Sequence record: SRR20825006_2196
Direction: 5' to 3' (one strand)
DNA: 46,073 bases
Position numbers and translations under genes: made by a program. The notes beneath the pieces are model-generated. The model was given only the letters and a program-made list of their open reading frames with translations, was not told the DNA's origin and did not search any database. Shown here in pieces: positions 28,263 to 36,291 of this stretch (positions are counted from its first letter, which is position 1; every line of letters starts with the position of its first letter).

Positions 28263-28727
28263 TCACTTTTTCTTGTTTTTCTTTTTTCCTTTTTTTCCTG
28301 ATTCTTTCTTGTTTTTTTTATCTGACTTTTTATTTTTCTTCTTGGACTTTTTATCGCCCTTTTCTGACTTGGGTTTGACTGGCTTCAGTGCCTTGCCTTT
28401 ATTGCTACTCTTTTTGTTTTTGGATTTCTTGGTGTCTTTGGCCGGTTTGCCGGCGCCGTCTTTGGCGGAGGTAACAGTTTTGGCAGCAGGTTTGCTCGCC
28501 GATGGTGTGGCTGGATTGAACAGGTCAAGAGCAACGGCGTGGAAGCGGCGGAGGCAGTAGCGCACCTGGCCAATAGACAAGCCGGATTCATCGGCGGCCT
28601 GTTGCTGGGTGCTGCCCATGTCCAAGGCCAGCAAGGCTTTGGCACGGGGGCCGTTGGGGGCAGGCTGATTGCTTTGGGTTTGGCAGATCTTGCGTTGTTG
28701 CGCGGTCAGTAAGGAAGTGGTGGCCAC
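28263..28727 (-). CDS. HTH protein with a lysine-rich histone H1-like C-terminal tail
   Basis: GTG start with GAGGGG SD; RAKALLALDMGSTQQQAADESGLSIGQVRYCLRRF HTH; tail ...KKSKKKNKKSDKKNKKESGKKGKKKNKKK. Confidence 0.7.
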   Translation of the reverse strand: MATTSLLTAQQRKICQTQSNQPAPNGPRAKALLALDMGSTQQQAADESGLSIGQVRYCLRRFHAVALDLFNPATPSASKPAAKTVTSAKDGAGKPAKDTKKSKNKKSSNKGKALKPVKPKSEKGDKKSKKKNKKSDKKNKKESGKKGKKKNKKK

Positions 28728-28843
28728 GGATTGTCCCCTCGGTGAGATTTGCGAGTAAAGCCAAAACCCCACCTTAGGGGCAAGCGCGGTGCGAGGCAAA
28801 AAAACTTTTTTGCTGTAAAAAAAGTGAAATGTTATTGCCTGGA

Positions 28844-29383
28844 TTACGCCTGCTTTTCCATCATGTCGGCTTGCAGAATTTCGATCCAGTAACCATCCGG
28901 GTCCTTGATAAAGGCGAGGCCTTTCATCTTTCCGTCATCAGGACGTTTGATGAAGTCCACGCCGAGTTTTTCGAAGCGCTCCGCCGCTGCGTAAACGTCG
29001 GGAACGGTAATGCCGATATGACCAAAGCCCTGGGGCTCGGCATTGCCATCGTGGTAGGAAAAGTCTGCGTCATCTTCAGTGCCCCAGTTGTGGGTCAGCT
29101 CAAGCATGGCTTCGCGGCCAAAGGTGTAAGTCAGCCGCTTGGCGGCATTTGCAGGCACATCGCCGGCGTCTTCTTCACTCAGGTAGCCAAGGAAGTAGAG
29201 ACTGAATTGCATCTCCGGAAAGTCCAGCTTGCGAACCAACCGCATGCCGAGCACGCGAGTGTAAAAGTCCAGGCTGGATTTTGGGTCTTTGATGCGTAGC
29301 ATGGTCTGGTTGAACAGGTATTCGTGGGTAACTTCATCGGGGTGTTCGAACAGGCCTTCGGCTTTTTCAAAGTGGCGAGACAT
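28844..29383 (-). CDS. gloA: Lactoylglutathione lyase (glyoxalase I)
   Basis: [36 protein letters not shown] and [12 protein letters not shown]. Confidence 0.95.
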   Translation of the reverse strand: MSRHFEKAEGLFEHPDEVTHEYLFNQTMLRIKDPKSSLDFYTRVLGMRLVRKLDFPEMQFSLYFLGYLSEEDAGDVPANAAKRLTYTFGREAMLELTHNWGTEDDADFSYHDGNAEPQGFGHIGITVPDVYAAAERFEKLGVDFIKRPDDGKMKGLAFIKDPDGYWIEILQADMMEKQA

Positions 29384-29480
29384 GGGGGCTCCTAATCAGT
29401 GTGGCACAGGGATTTAAAGAATGTCGGGATGGTAGGGAGGGAATGCAAGCCTTGACGGAAAGAAGATATCTACAAAGGCG

Positions 29481-29640
29481 CTGTAGGAGCACCGCTTGAG
29501 GTGCGAACCGCGTGCCAACGCGGAATCGACGAAAGGCGATCAGGCGCTTCAGCGCTCGACAGATATAGAAAGTTTCGGTGGGCTTTCTGCCTTTGTCGCC
29601 TCGCTGTGCTTGGTTCGCACCTCAAGCGGTGCTCCTACAG
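29481..29640. repeat. REPIN-like element (GTAG family 2) with perfect 29-bp inverted arms
   Basis: ctgtaggagcaccgcttgaggtgcgaacc (29481-29509) is the exact reverse complement of 29612-29640. Confidence 0.9.
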
Positions 29641-29680
29641 AGAGGGCGGAGCTTGCCTGGGCAAGCTCCTTAAGTGGGGA

Positions 29681-30640
29681 TCAGGCCGGGGTTTTTTCCA
29701 CGGTCTTGAGGACTTTTTGCAGGCTGGCGACGGTGCCACCAATATCGCTGAGGCCCTGGGGCAGCAGCATGGTGGTGGATTCCTTGGCCACTTTTTCGAA
29801 GGCGGTAACGTATTGCTCTGCGATGCGCAGGCTGACCGCTTCCTGGCCGCCGTCTTCTTTTACTGCAGCGGCAACCTGGCGCAGACCTTCGCCGGTGGCG
29901 GTGGCGATCAGCTCGATTTGCTGCGCGCGCCCTTCCGCTTCGTTGATCTGCTTCATTTTTTCACCTTCAGAGATGTTGATCATCTCCTGCTTTTCACCTT
30001 CGGAGCGGTTGATCGCCGCCTGGCGGTCACCCTCGGAACGGTTAATGGCGGCCTGGCGCTCACCTTCGGATTCAGCAACCACCGCGCGACGTTCCCGCTC
30101 GGCGCGGACCTGTTTCTCCATGGCGTCCTTGATGGACACGGGCAGATTGATGTCGGCCACTTCGTAACGCAGGACCTTCACGCCCCAGGGCTGGGCCGCT
30201 TCGTCTACGGCACGAACCACTTCCATATTGATTTCGCCACGCTCTTCGAAGGTTTTGTCCAGATCGATTTTACCGATCACCGAACGCAGTGTGGTCTGAG
30301 CCAGTTGCTGAGCGGCCATGACATAGTCATCCACGCCGTAACTGGCCGCTTTGGGATCGACCACTTGCAGGTACATGACGCCATCGATGGAGACTTCGAT
30401 ATTGTCCTTGGTGATACAGCTTTGGCGCGGTACGTCGCGAACAATTTCTTTCTGGGAGTGTTTGTAGGCGACACGGTCGATAAAGGGCATCAAAAAATGC
30501 AGGCCTGCGTCCAAAGACGTCTGGTATTTGCCCAACCGTTCAACCACATACACCTGGCGCTGGGGCACGATGCGAATCACCATAAAGAGAAGAACGACAA
30601 CGCCGAGGGCGAGAAGTCCGGAAATAATCAAACCAGCCAT
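29681..30640 (-). CDS. SPFH/stomatin-like protein (QmcA/YbbK family)
   Basis: VVERLGKY, ITKDNIEV.IDG, TTLRSVIG and WGVKVLRYEV; hendecad coiled-coil repeats. Confidence 0.9.
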   Translation of the reverse strand: MAGLIISGLLALGVVVLLFMVIRIVPQRQVYVVERLGKYQTSLDAGLHFLMPFIDRVAYKHSQKEIVRDVPRQSCITKDNIEVSIDGVMYLQVVDPKAASYGVDDYVMAAQQLAQTTLRSVIGKIDLDKTFEERGEINMEVVRAVDEAAQPWGVKVLRYEVADINLPVSIKDAMEKQVRAERERRAVVAESEGERQAAINRSEGDRQAAINRSEGEKQEMINISEGEKMKQINEAEGRAQQIELIATATGEGLRQVAAAVKEDGGQEAVSLRIAEQYVTAFEKVAKESTTMLLPQGLSDIGGTVASLQKVLKTVEKTPA

Positions 30641-30706
30641 GGATACAGTTCCTTGTTGTTACGTGAGAAAAATGTGCGAGAAGGTGCTTTATGAACGACG
30701 GATGAT

Positions 30707-31180
30707 TCAGTCGTTTGATGCATTTTGCGATGATGACGGCGTCCAGGGTTCCACGGTGAGCCAGAGCCCTTCGTGTTGGGTAATGCGCACCATATCTCCT
30801 GGATTCAGGGGTTGGCTGCACTGGGCCTGCCAGCGGGCGCCGCGGTAGCTGACGGTGCCGGTGCCTTTGGCGAAGGCTTCAGCCACGGTGGCGCGGTGGC
30901 CGATCAAGCCGGCGCTGTCTTCCTCGCCCTGGCGTTGCCGCTCGCGCCCCATCAGCTTGTCATTGAGAACCCGGCGAACAAACACCAGCAGCAACACACT
31001 GGTAACCGCGAAAATAGTGAGTTCCCAGGTGGTGTCGTCGAGCAGGCCGAGAAATTTCAGGCTGCCCACCAGCAGTGCGGCGATACCGAAAAAGATCACC
31101 ACCAGGCCAGAGACGGCAAATTCGGCGATCATCAGAGCGAGCCCGGCGATAATCCAGTAACTGTATTCCGGCATATCCAT
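30707..31180 (-). CDS. NfeD-like (YbbJ) partner of the SPFH protein
   Basis: WIIAGLALMIAE TM segments and OB-fold LIGHRATV...G.V...GARWQA. Confidence 0.85.
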   Translation of the reverse strand: MDMPEYSYWIIAGLALMIAEFAVSGLVVIFFGIAALLVGSLKFLGLLDDTTWELTIFAVTSVLLLVFVRRVLNDKLMGRERQRQGEEDSAGLIGHRATVAEAFAKGTGTVSYRGARWQAQCSQPLNPGDMVRITQHEGLWLTVEPWTPSSSQNASND

Positions 31181-31270
31181 ACCTGTGTTCCTGTGCATTA
31201 TTCTGATGCACAAAGATAGCACGTTGGTGACAGGTTAGTCGGTAGGAAATGGCTGAAAATGAGAGAGACG

Positions 31271-31474
31271 AGTTGAAAGTTCAAAGTTGAAAGTTACAAA
31301 GCGCGAGAGGGCCATTCAGCAACCATTGAAAGTTGTCGCCGCGGCTCAACACCGTGCGCTATTCAACATCTCCTGTCTTGGGCCTCGTTCTACTTTGCGG
31401 CGCGGCGCAGATGTCTGCCGGGTGTCCCCAGAACCTACCCGCGCTTTTCAACTTTAAACTTTCACCTTTCAACT
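31271..31474. repeat. Heptamer-armed inverted-repeat element, copy C
   Basis: agttgaa/agttcaa/agttgaa/agttaca-aagcgcg ... cgcgctt-ttcaact/ttaaact/ttcacct/ttcaact; 2 nt from the slyD stop; longer, different core. Confidence 0.85.
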
Positions 31475-31476
31475 GG

Positions 31477-31965
31477 TTAGTGCTGATGCCCGCCGACGCC
31501 ATGGGCGTGCTTGTGGGCTTTCTCGTCGTCGGTGGCATCACGGATATCGGTAATTTCCACCACGAAGCGCAGGGACTTGCCGGCCAGTGGATGGTTGGCG
31601 TCCACGTCCACGGTTTTCAGGCCCACTTTCAACACGGTGAGCATGCGCGGGCCTTCATCGGTGGAAACGGTAACCACTTTGCCCGGTTCCAGTTTGCCTG
31701 CGTGCTTCAGGTATTTGCGTGAAATACGCTGGAACAGCTCGTTGTTGTATTCACCGTAGGCGTCTTCCGGGCTGATGGTGACATCCACTTCATCGCCGGT
31801 GTTCTTGCCTTCGAGCGCCACTTCCAGGCCCTTGATGATGTTGTTGTAGCCGTGCAGGTAGGCCATGGGCTCGCCGGTTTCCCGGGAGCTTTCAATTTCA
31901 CTGCCGTCATCGGCGTTGAACAGGCTGTATTGCAAGGTGACCACCTTGCCGTTTTCGATAGTCAT
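31477..31965 (-). CDS. slyD: FKBP-type peptidyl-prolyl isomerase SlyD
   Basis: YLHGYNNIIKGLE, SPEDAYG, DANHPLAGKSLRF and a short His tail. Confidence 0.9.
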   Translation of the reverse strand: MTIENGKVVTLQYSLFNADDGSEIESSRETGEPMAYLHGYNNIIKGLEVALEGKNTGDEVDVTISPEDAYGEYNNELFQRISRKYLKHAGKLEPGKVVTVSTDEGPRMLTVLKVGLKTVDVDANHPLAGKSLRFVVEITDIRDATDDEKAHKHAHGVGGHQH

Positions 31966-32052
31966 GCGAGCCACTCCAGGGGCTGAAAATAGGGGGAGCC
32001 GGATGCGAGCCCGGGGTGGCAGCATTGTGCCGCCGCCCTGGGCTGCAGGCAA

Positions 32053-33573
32053 TTAGGCTTGTTGCTTGCGCAACAGTTCGCCGGCCAGTGCGGGGCCAGT
32101 CCACAGGCTGGGCAGCAGAACCAGTGAGACCGGTACCGCAGTGACCACAATGAATTTCTGCAAGGCGTCAATGCCGCCATCACCGATGCTGATCAGAATG
32201 GCGGCGCTGGCGCCCATCATGATGCCCCAGAATACCCGTATGGCCGAGGGCGGCTCTTCTGTGCCGGTCATCACCACGGATACGCTATAGGTCATGGAGT
32301 CGCCGGTGGTGGCCACGAAGATGGTGGTCAGTACCAGAAACAGGCCGGACAGCAAGGTGCCCCAGGGCAGGGCCTGGGTGGTGGCCAGCAAGGCGGCGGG
32401 CAGATTAAAGCCTTCGAACGGTTTGGAAATAATGCCTGGCTGGGCAATTTCCAGGGAGATGCCGGTGCCGCCGACAATAGTGAACCAGAAGCAGGTGACG
32501 AGAGGGGCCACCAGCGCCACCACGCCGACCAGCTGTCGTAGGGTGCGGCCGCGGGAAATGCGTGCCACAAACAGTGCCATTAAGGGGCCATAGCCGATAA
32601 ACCAGCCCCAGAAGAACACGGTCCACCAGTCCAGCCAGCCAGGGTCACCGCGGAAGGTAGCCATAGGGAAAAACTCGCCCAGGTAAGTGCCAAGGCCCTG
32701 CACAAAACCGTCGATAATGAATGCGGTCGGGCCGGCGATCAGGATAAAGACCATTAGCACGATGGCGAGGATCACATTAAAGCGGCTGAGGATCTGGATG
32801 CCCCGGTTTACGCCGGTAATGGCGCTGATGGTGTAGATCAAAACCAGGCCGAGGATAACGGCGAGTTGAGTGCTGAAGTTATCGGCGATACCAAATAAAT
32901 CATTCAGACCGAAGCTGACTTGCAGGCCAAGAAAGCCGATGGGACCAACCGTGCCGGCGACCACCGCCAGCACACAGCAGGCATCGACGATTGCCCCGCC
33001 GGGGCCGTGGATGATGCGGTTACCGAATACCGGATACAGCAGTGTCCGGGGTTTCAACGGCAAGCCTTTTTCGTAGTGCAACACCATCAGGGTGACGCTG
33101 GTCAGGCAACCGAGAATGGCCCAGGCCAGAAAGCCCCAGTGCATGAAGCTCTGCGCCAGAGCATTGGTGCCCTGCTCCATGGGCGTGCTGCCTTCCCCAA
33201 ACAACGGCGGTGCCGAGATGAAATGGGCAATGGGTTCCGCTGCCGCCCAGAACACGCCACCGCCGGCGAGCAGGGTACACATGATGATCGACACCCACTT
33301 GAAGGTGGACAGCTCCGGTTTATCCATCCCCCCCAGGCGAACGTTGCCGGTGCGGCTGATGGCCAGATACAGGGAGACGAAAAAGGTGGCCAGCATCAGC
33401 AGCTGCCAATAGGCGCCAAACAACTTGGTGGACCAGGCAAAGCTGGTTTGTACCCAGGCGGCGGTTTGCTCAAGATCCCAGAGGGACAGGCCCACAAACA
33501 GCAGGATCAGGCCGCCACTGAGAATAAAGACTGGCACATCCACGGCCTGAAAGGTACGAGACAAGAAAGACAT
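32053..33573 (-). CDS. BCCT family transporter
   Basis: FWAAAEP, HWGFLAWA, WTVFFWGWF and FVARISRGRT; 12 TM segments. Confidence 0.9.
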   Translation of the reverse strand: MSFLSRTFQAVDVPVFILSGGLILLFVGLSLWDLEQTAAWVQTSFAWSTKLFGAYWQLLMLATFFVSLYLAISRTGNVRLGGMDKPELSTFKWVSIIMCTLLAGGGVFWAAAEPIAHFISAPPLFGEGSTPMEQGTNALAQSFMHWGFLAWAILGCLTSVTLMVLHYEKGLPLKPRTLLYPVFGNRIIHGPGGAIVDACCVLAVVAGTVGPIGFLGLQVSFGLNDLFGIADNFSTQLAVILGLVLIYTISAITGVNRGIQILSRFNVILAIVLMVFILIAGPTAFIIDGFVQGLGTYLGEFFPMATFRGDPGWLDWWTVFFWGWFIGYGPLMALFVARISRGRTLRQLVGVVALVAPLVTCFWFTIVGGTGISLEIAQPGIISKPFEGFNLPAALLATTQALPWGTLLSGLFLVLTTIFVATTGDSMTYSVSVVMTGTEEPPSAIRVFWGIMMGASAAILISIGDGGIDALQKFIVVTAVPVSLVLLPSLWTGPALAGELLRKQQA

Positions 33574-33752
33574 TGCGGTCTCCTGTGAGACGCGACCGGG
33601 GCGCAGGCAGTGCTGCGGCGAACAAGGAGACCAGAACGGAAAACCCGGTAACTGCGGCCAGGACCTTGGGTCACAGGTGAATGAGTGCGTTGCGTAAACG
33701 CATGAAACAATGGCGTTATTCTACACGACCCGAGCGCTGGCCGGCAGCGGGT

Positions 33753-34745
33753 TCACTGCTTTGCGTCGGGATGCAGGCCCAGCGCCTTGCGATCTGTGCC
33801 CTTGCGAATCTCACTCAGCAGGCGGCTGGATTGCCGGTACCAGTTACGGCGGCCGCGGGGGCTCCATTTGAAACGTTTGTAGGTCCACTGGTACTGGCTC
33901 AGGTTACGGTCGATACAGCGCTGCAGGCCGCTGTTCATGGCGGTAAGAATATCGGTGGTGTTGTTGGCCTGCTCGATGGCCGGGGCCTCTTCGAAGTGCA
34001 GGTGGATATCTTTGACGCCGCCTTCGCCGCGAATGCAGGAGACGATAAACACATGGGGGCGGTAACGCTGGACCAGTTTGTCGATCAGCGCCGGGGTGGG
34101 TACGTCATAGCCAAAGAACGGCACAGAGGGGTTACTGCGGTTGCCCGGATTATGGTCGGAAAGAATGCCCAGGGTGCCGCCGGCTTTCATGGCCGCCAGT
34201 GCCTGCTTGACGCCCTGGCTGTTGGTCGGGATAAGCACGGAGCCGGTGCGTTCGCGGGCCGCCTTGACCATGGCATCCATCAGCGTGGCCGGGTGGGGCT
34301 GGTACATGATCAGGGTTTTGTCCCGGCTACCCTTGTCGCCCACATACAGGTTGCTGATTTCCCAGCTGCCCTGGTGCAGTGACAGCATCAATACTGGCCG
34401 TTCGCTGGCGCAGGCATCGAGAAAGGCCTGTTCGCCATGGATATGGGTCACCCGTGACAGGGTTTCCTCCACGGGCCGGTGCCAGACGTGGCTGAATTCG
34501 GTGAGCGTGCGGCCCAGCTCGCGCAGGCTCTGGCGGCCGATTTTTTTGGCTTGTGCATAGGACATCTGCGGGTGCGTGGCCAGCAGGTTGATCAGCACCA
34601 CCCGGTAGGCGCTGGCGTAGCGCAGTGGCACCAGGGTCACGAGGGTAGCAACGGCGGCACCGAACCCGGTGACCAGCGGCAAGGGAAGCCAGGCAAGCAG
34701 GCGAACCACCATCCACAGACGGCGGCCGGGGTATTGTTTATTCAT
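33753..34745 (-). CDS. LpxL/HtrB-family lipid acyltransferase
   Basis: HQGSWE (HxxxxE) motif, GILSDH, VPFFG and QYQWTYKRFK. Confidence 0.85.
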   Translation of the reverse strand: MNKQYPGRRLWMVVRLLAWLPLPLVTGFGAAVATLVTLVPLRYASAYRVVLINLLATHPQMSYAQAKKIGRQSLRELGRTLTEFSHVWHRPVEETLSRVTHIHGEQAFLDACASERPVLMLSLHQGSWEISNLYVGDKGSRDKTLIMYQPHPATLMDAMVKAARERTGSVLIPTNSQGVKQALAAMKAGGTLGILSDHNPGNRSNPSVPFFGYDVPTPALIDKLVQRYRPHVFIVSCIRGEGGVKDIHLHFEEAPAIEQANNTTDILTAMNSGLQRCIDRNLSQYQWTYKRFKWSPRGRRNWYRQSSRLLSEIRKGTDRKALGLHPDAKQ

Positions 34746-35745
34746 GTGTCAGTTCAATGGTCAGGGTTTCGCCATGCTGCGGAACCCGAAAATGTGCGTG
34801 TTCAATGTGTTGTTCTGTCAGGGCCTGGGCCAGCGCCTTGGGCGGCGCATCCATGGGTTCGTCTGTGAGCACGAAAGTGCCCCAGTGCATGGCCAGGGAC
34901 TGGCGCGCCTGAATATCCTGGTGGATTTTAACCGCTTCTGCCGGGTTGATGTGCACCGGTGACATGAACCAGCGCGGCTCGTAGGCCCCAATGGGCAATA
35001 ATGCCAGATCTACCGGTCCGAATACTTGTCCAATTTCGTTAAACAGCGGTGCATACCCGGTATCGCCGGCAAAATAGAGGCTGAAATCCGGGAAATTAAG
35101 GCGCCAGCTGCACCACAGGGTCTGGTTGTGATCGTTAGGACCCCGTCCGCTGAAATGCTGGGCGGGCAGGCAGAAAGCCTCCACCTGGCCATGGTAGTCG
35201 CTCTGCCACCAGCCCAGCTCGATGATCCGTTCTACCCCCAACTTGCGCAGCCAGGCGGCAATACCCCGGGGAACGAACCAGAGAATGTCGCGCCCGAAGC
35301 GGGCCTGTAATTGCTTTACCGAGGCCTTGTCCAGGTGGTCGTAGTGGTTATGGGATATCAGCACCGCATTGATGTCGGGCAGTTGCTCGATGGTGAGTGC
35401 TGGCGGCACCGCCCGTTTCGGGCCGGCGAAGGTGAACGGGGAGCAACGATCGGAAAACACCGGATCGGTGAGCAGGTTCCAGCCCCGGTGCTGGAACAGA
35501 TAGGTGGCGTGGCCGATCCAGGTGATTTGCGGGCGGTTGCCGGGGTGGCGCAGTTGCTCCGGATCCGGGGTGTGTAACGGAAAGGACTGGTGGTCGGGGA
35601 AGCGCCCGCGTGATTCCCATTGCCAGCGCAGGAAGGCGCCGAGCCCGTGGTGTGGGGTGGCAAACCGGTTGCGAAAAACCTGCCCGCGGCGCTGGCTGGC
35701 GGGTTCTTCGGCGGCCAGCGCCGCCAGTCGCTCACGGTCGATCAT
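34738..35745 (-). CDS. MBL-fold metallo-hydrolase, NAPE-PLD/RomA-like
   Basis: TWIGHAT, LTDPVFS, SHNHYDHLD, PAQHFSGR, YFAGDTGY, PIGAYEPRWFM and MHWGTF. Confidence 0.88.
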   Translation of the reverse strand: MIDRERLAALAAEEPASQRRGQVFRNRFATPHHGLGAFLRWQWESRGRFPDHQSFPLHTPDPEQLRHPGNRPQITWIGHATYLFQHRGWNLLTDPVFSDRCSPFTFAGPKRAVPPALTIEQLPDINAVLISHNHYDHLDKASVKQLQARFGRDILWFVPRGIAAWLRKLGVERIIELGWWQSDYHGQVEAFCLPAQHFSGRGPNDHNQTLWCSWRLNFPDFSLYFAGDTGYAPLFNEIGQVFGPVDLALLPIGAYEPRWFMSPVHINPAEAVKIHQDIQARQSLAMHWGTFVLTDEPMDAPPKALAQALTEQHIEHAHFRVPQHGETLTIELTHE

Positions 35746-36197
35746 GCCGGTTGCTGTAGCCCCGCCACAGCACCTTCAATGGCATCCAGATCCGGGATTA
35801 CCGCCAGGTCGCCACCCACCTGAATATACATGGCCTCCGCCGGGCCGGTGTCTACCGGCTCTTCCACCGGGTCGTCCTTGGCCACTTTCATCAGGCGAGG
35901 AATCCCCTGCACGATCACTGCATAAAAAGGCGCCTTGCTGGCTACCGTGTTGAGCACGGCAATCCGGGCATCCTGGCCGATGGTGACCTGGCCGGATTCG
36001 TTGAGTTTTTCGAATGACAGCAGTGGGATCTGCTGGTCACGCCAGCTCAGCCAGCCCAGCAGCCACTCCGGGCCATGGCCCGGGCGATCCGGCTGACGCA
36101 ACGGGATCACCTCGGCCACCACAATATTGGGCACCAGCCAAGGGCGCCCCTGCATGGGGATCAACAGGCTGGAAATATCGGATGGTAAGCTGCTCAT
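35742..36197 (-). CDS. chpC: CheW-like adaptor ChpC
   Basis: LLIPM...LVPN..VAEVI, WLLGWLSWR and IVQGIPR; follows chpB; GAGAGG SD before ATG 36197. Confidence 0.85.
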   Translation of the reverse strand: MSSLPSDISSLLIPMQGRPWLVPNIVVAEVIPLRQPDRPGHGPEWLLGWLSWRDQQIPLLSFEKLNESGQVTIGQDARIAVLNTVASKAPFYAVIVQGIPRLMKVAKDDPVEEPVDTGPAEAMYIQVGGDLAVIPDLDAIEGAVAGLQQPA

Positions 36198-36216
36198 GGT
36201 TGACCTCTCAAATAGA

Positions 36217-36291
36217 CAGCACGCAGCAGGTTTCACTCAACAGGCTTATCCTTCGCCGTGTTGCGTTCCGCTTGTTGCATGTCGCGTGTTT
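36217..36291. repeat. Heptamer repeat (CGTGTTG-type) at the chpB/chpC junction
   Basis: cgtgttg/cgttccg/cttgttg/catgtcg/cgtgttt at 36257-36291 with a short inverted arm cagcacg/cagcagg at 36217-36230. Confidence 0.65.

Noticed and set aside
28273-28560. Phe/Leu-rich 95-aa plus-strand ORF resembling a membrane protein
   Set aside because: It is the reverse complement of Lys codons in the lysine-rich HTH gene.
28263-28727. IS630 element or transposase pseudogene
   Set aside because: No DDE domain remnant, terminal inverted repeats or TA duplication were recognised; the ORF is intact with its own SD.
28841-28853. ggattacgcctgc matching part of REP family 1
   Set aside because: It overlaps the last gloA codons and lacks the rest of the REP and its partner arm; likely coincidental.
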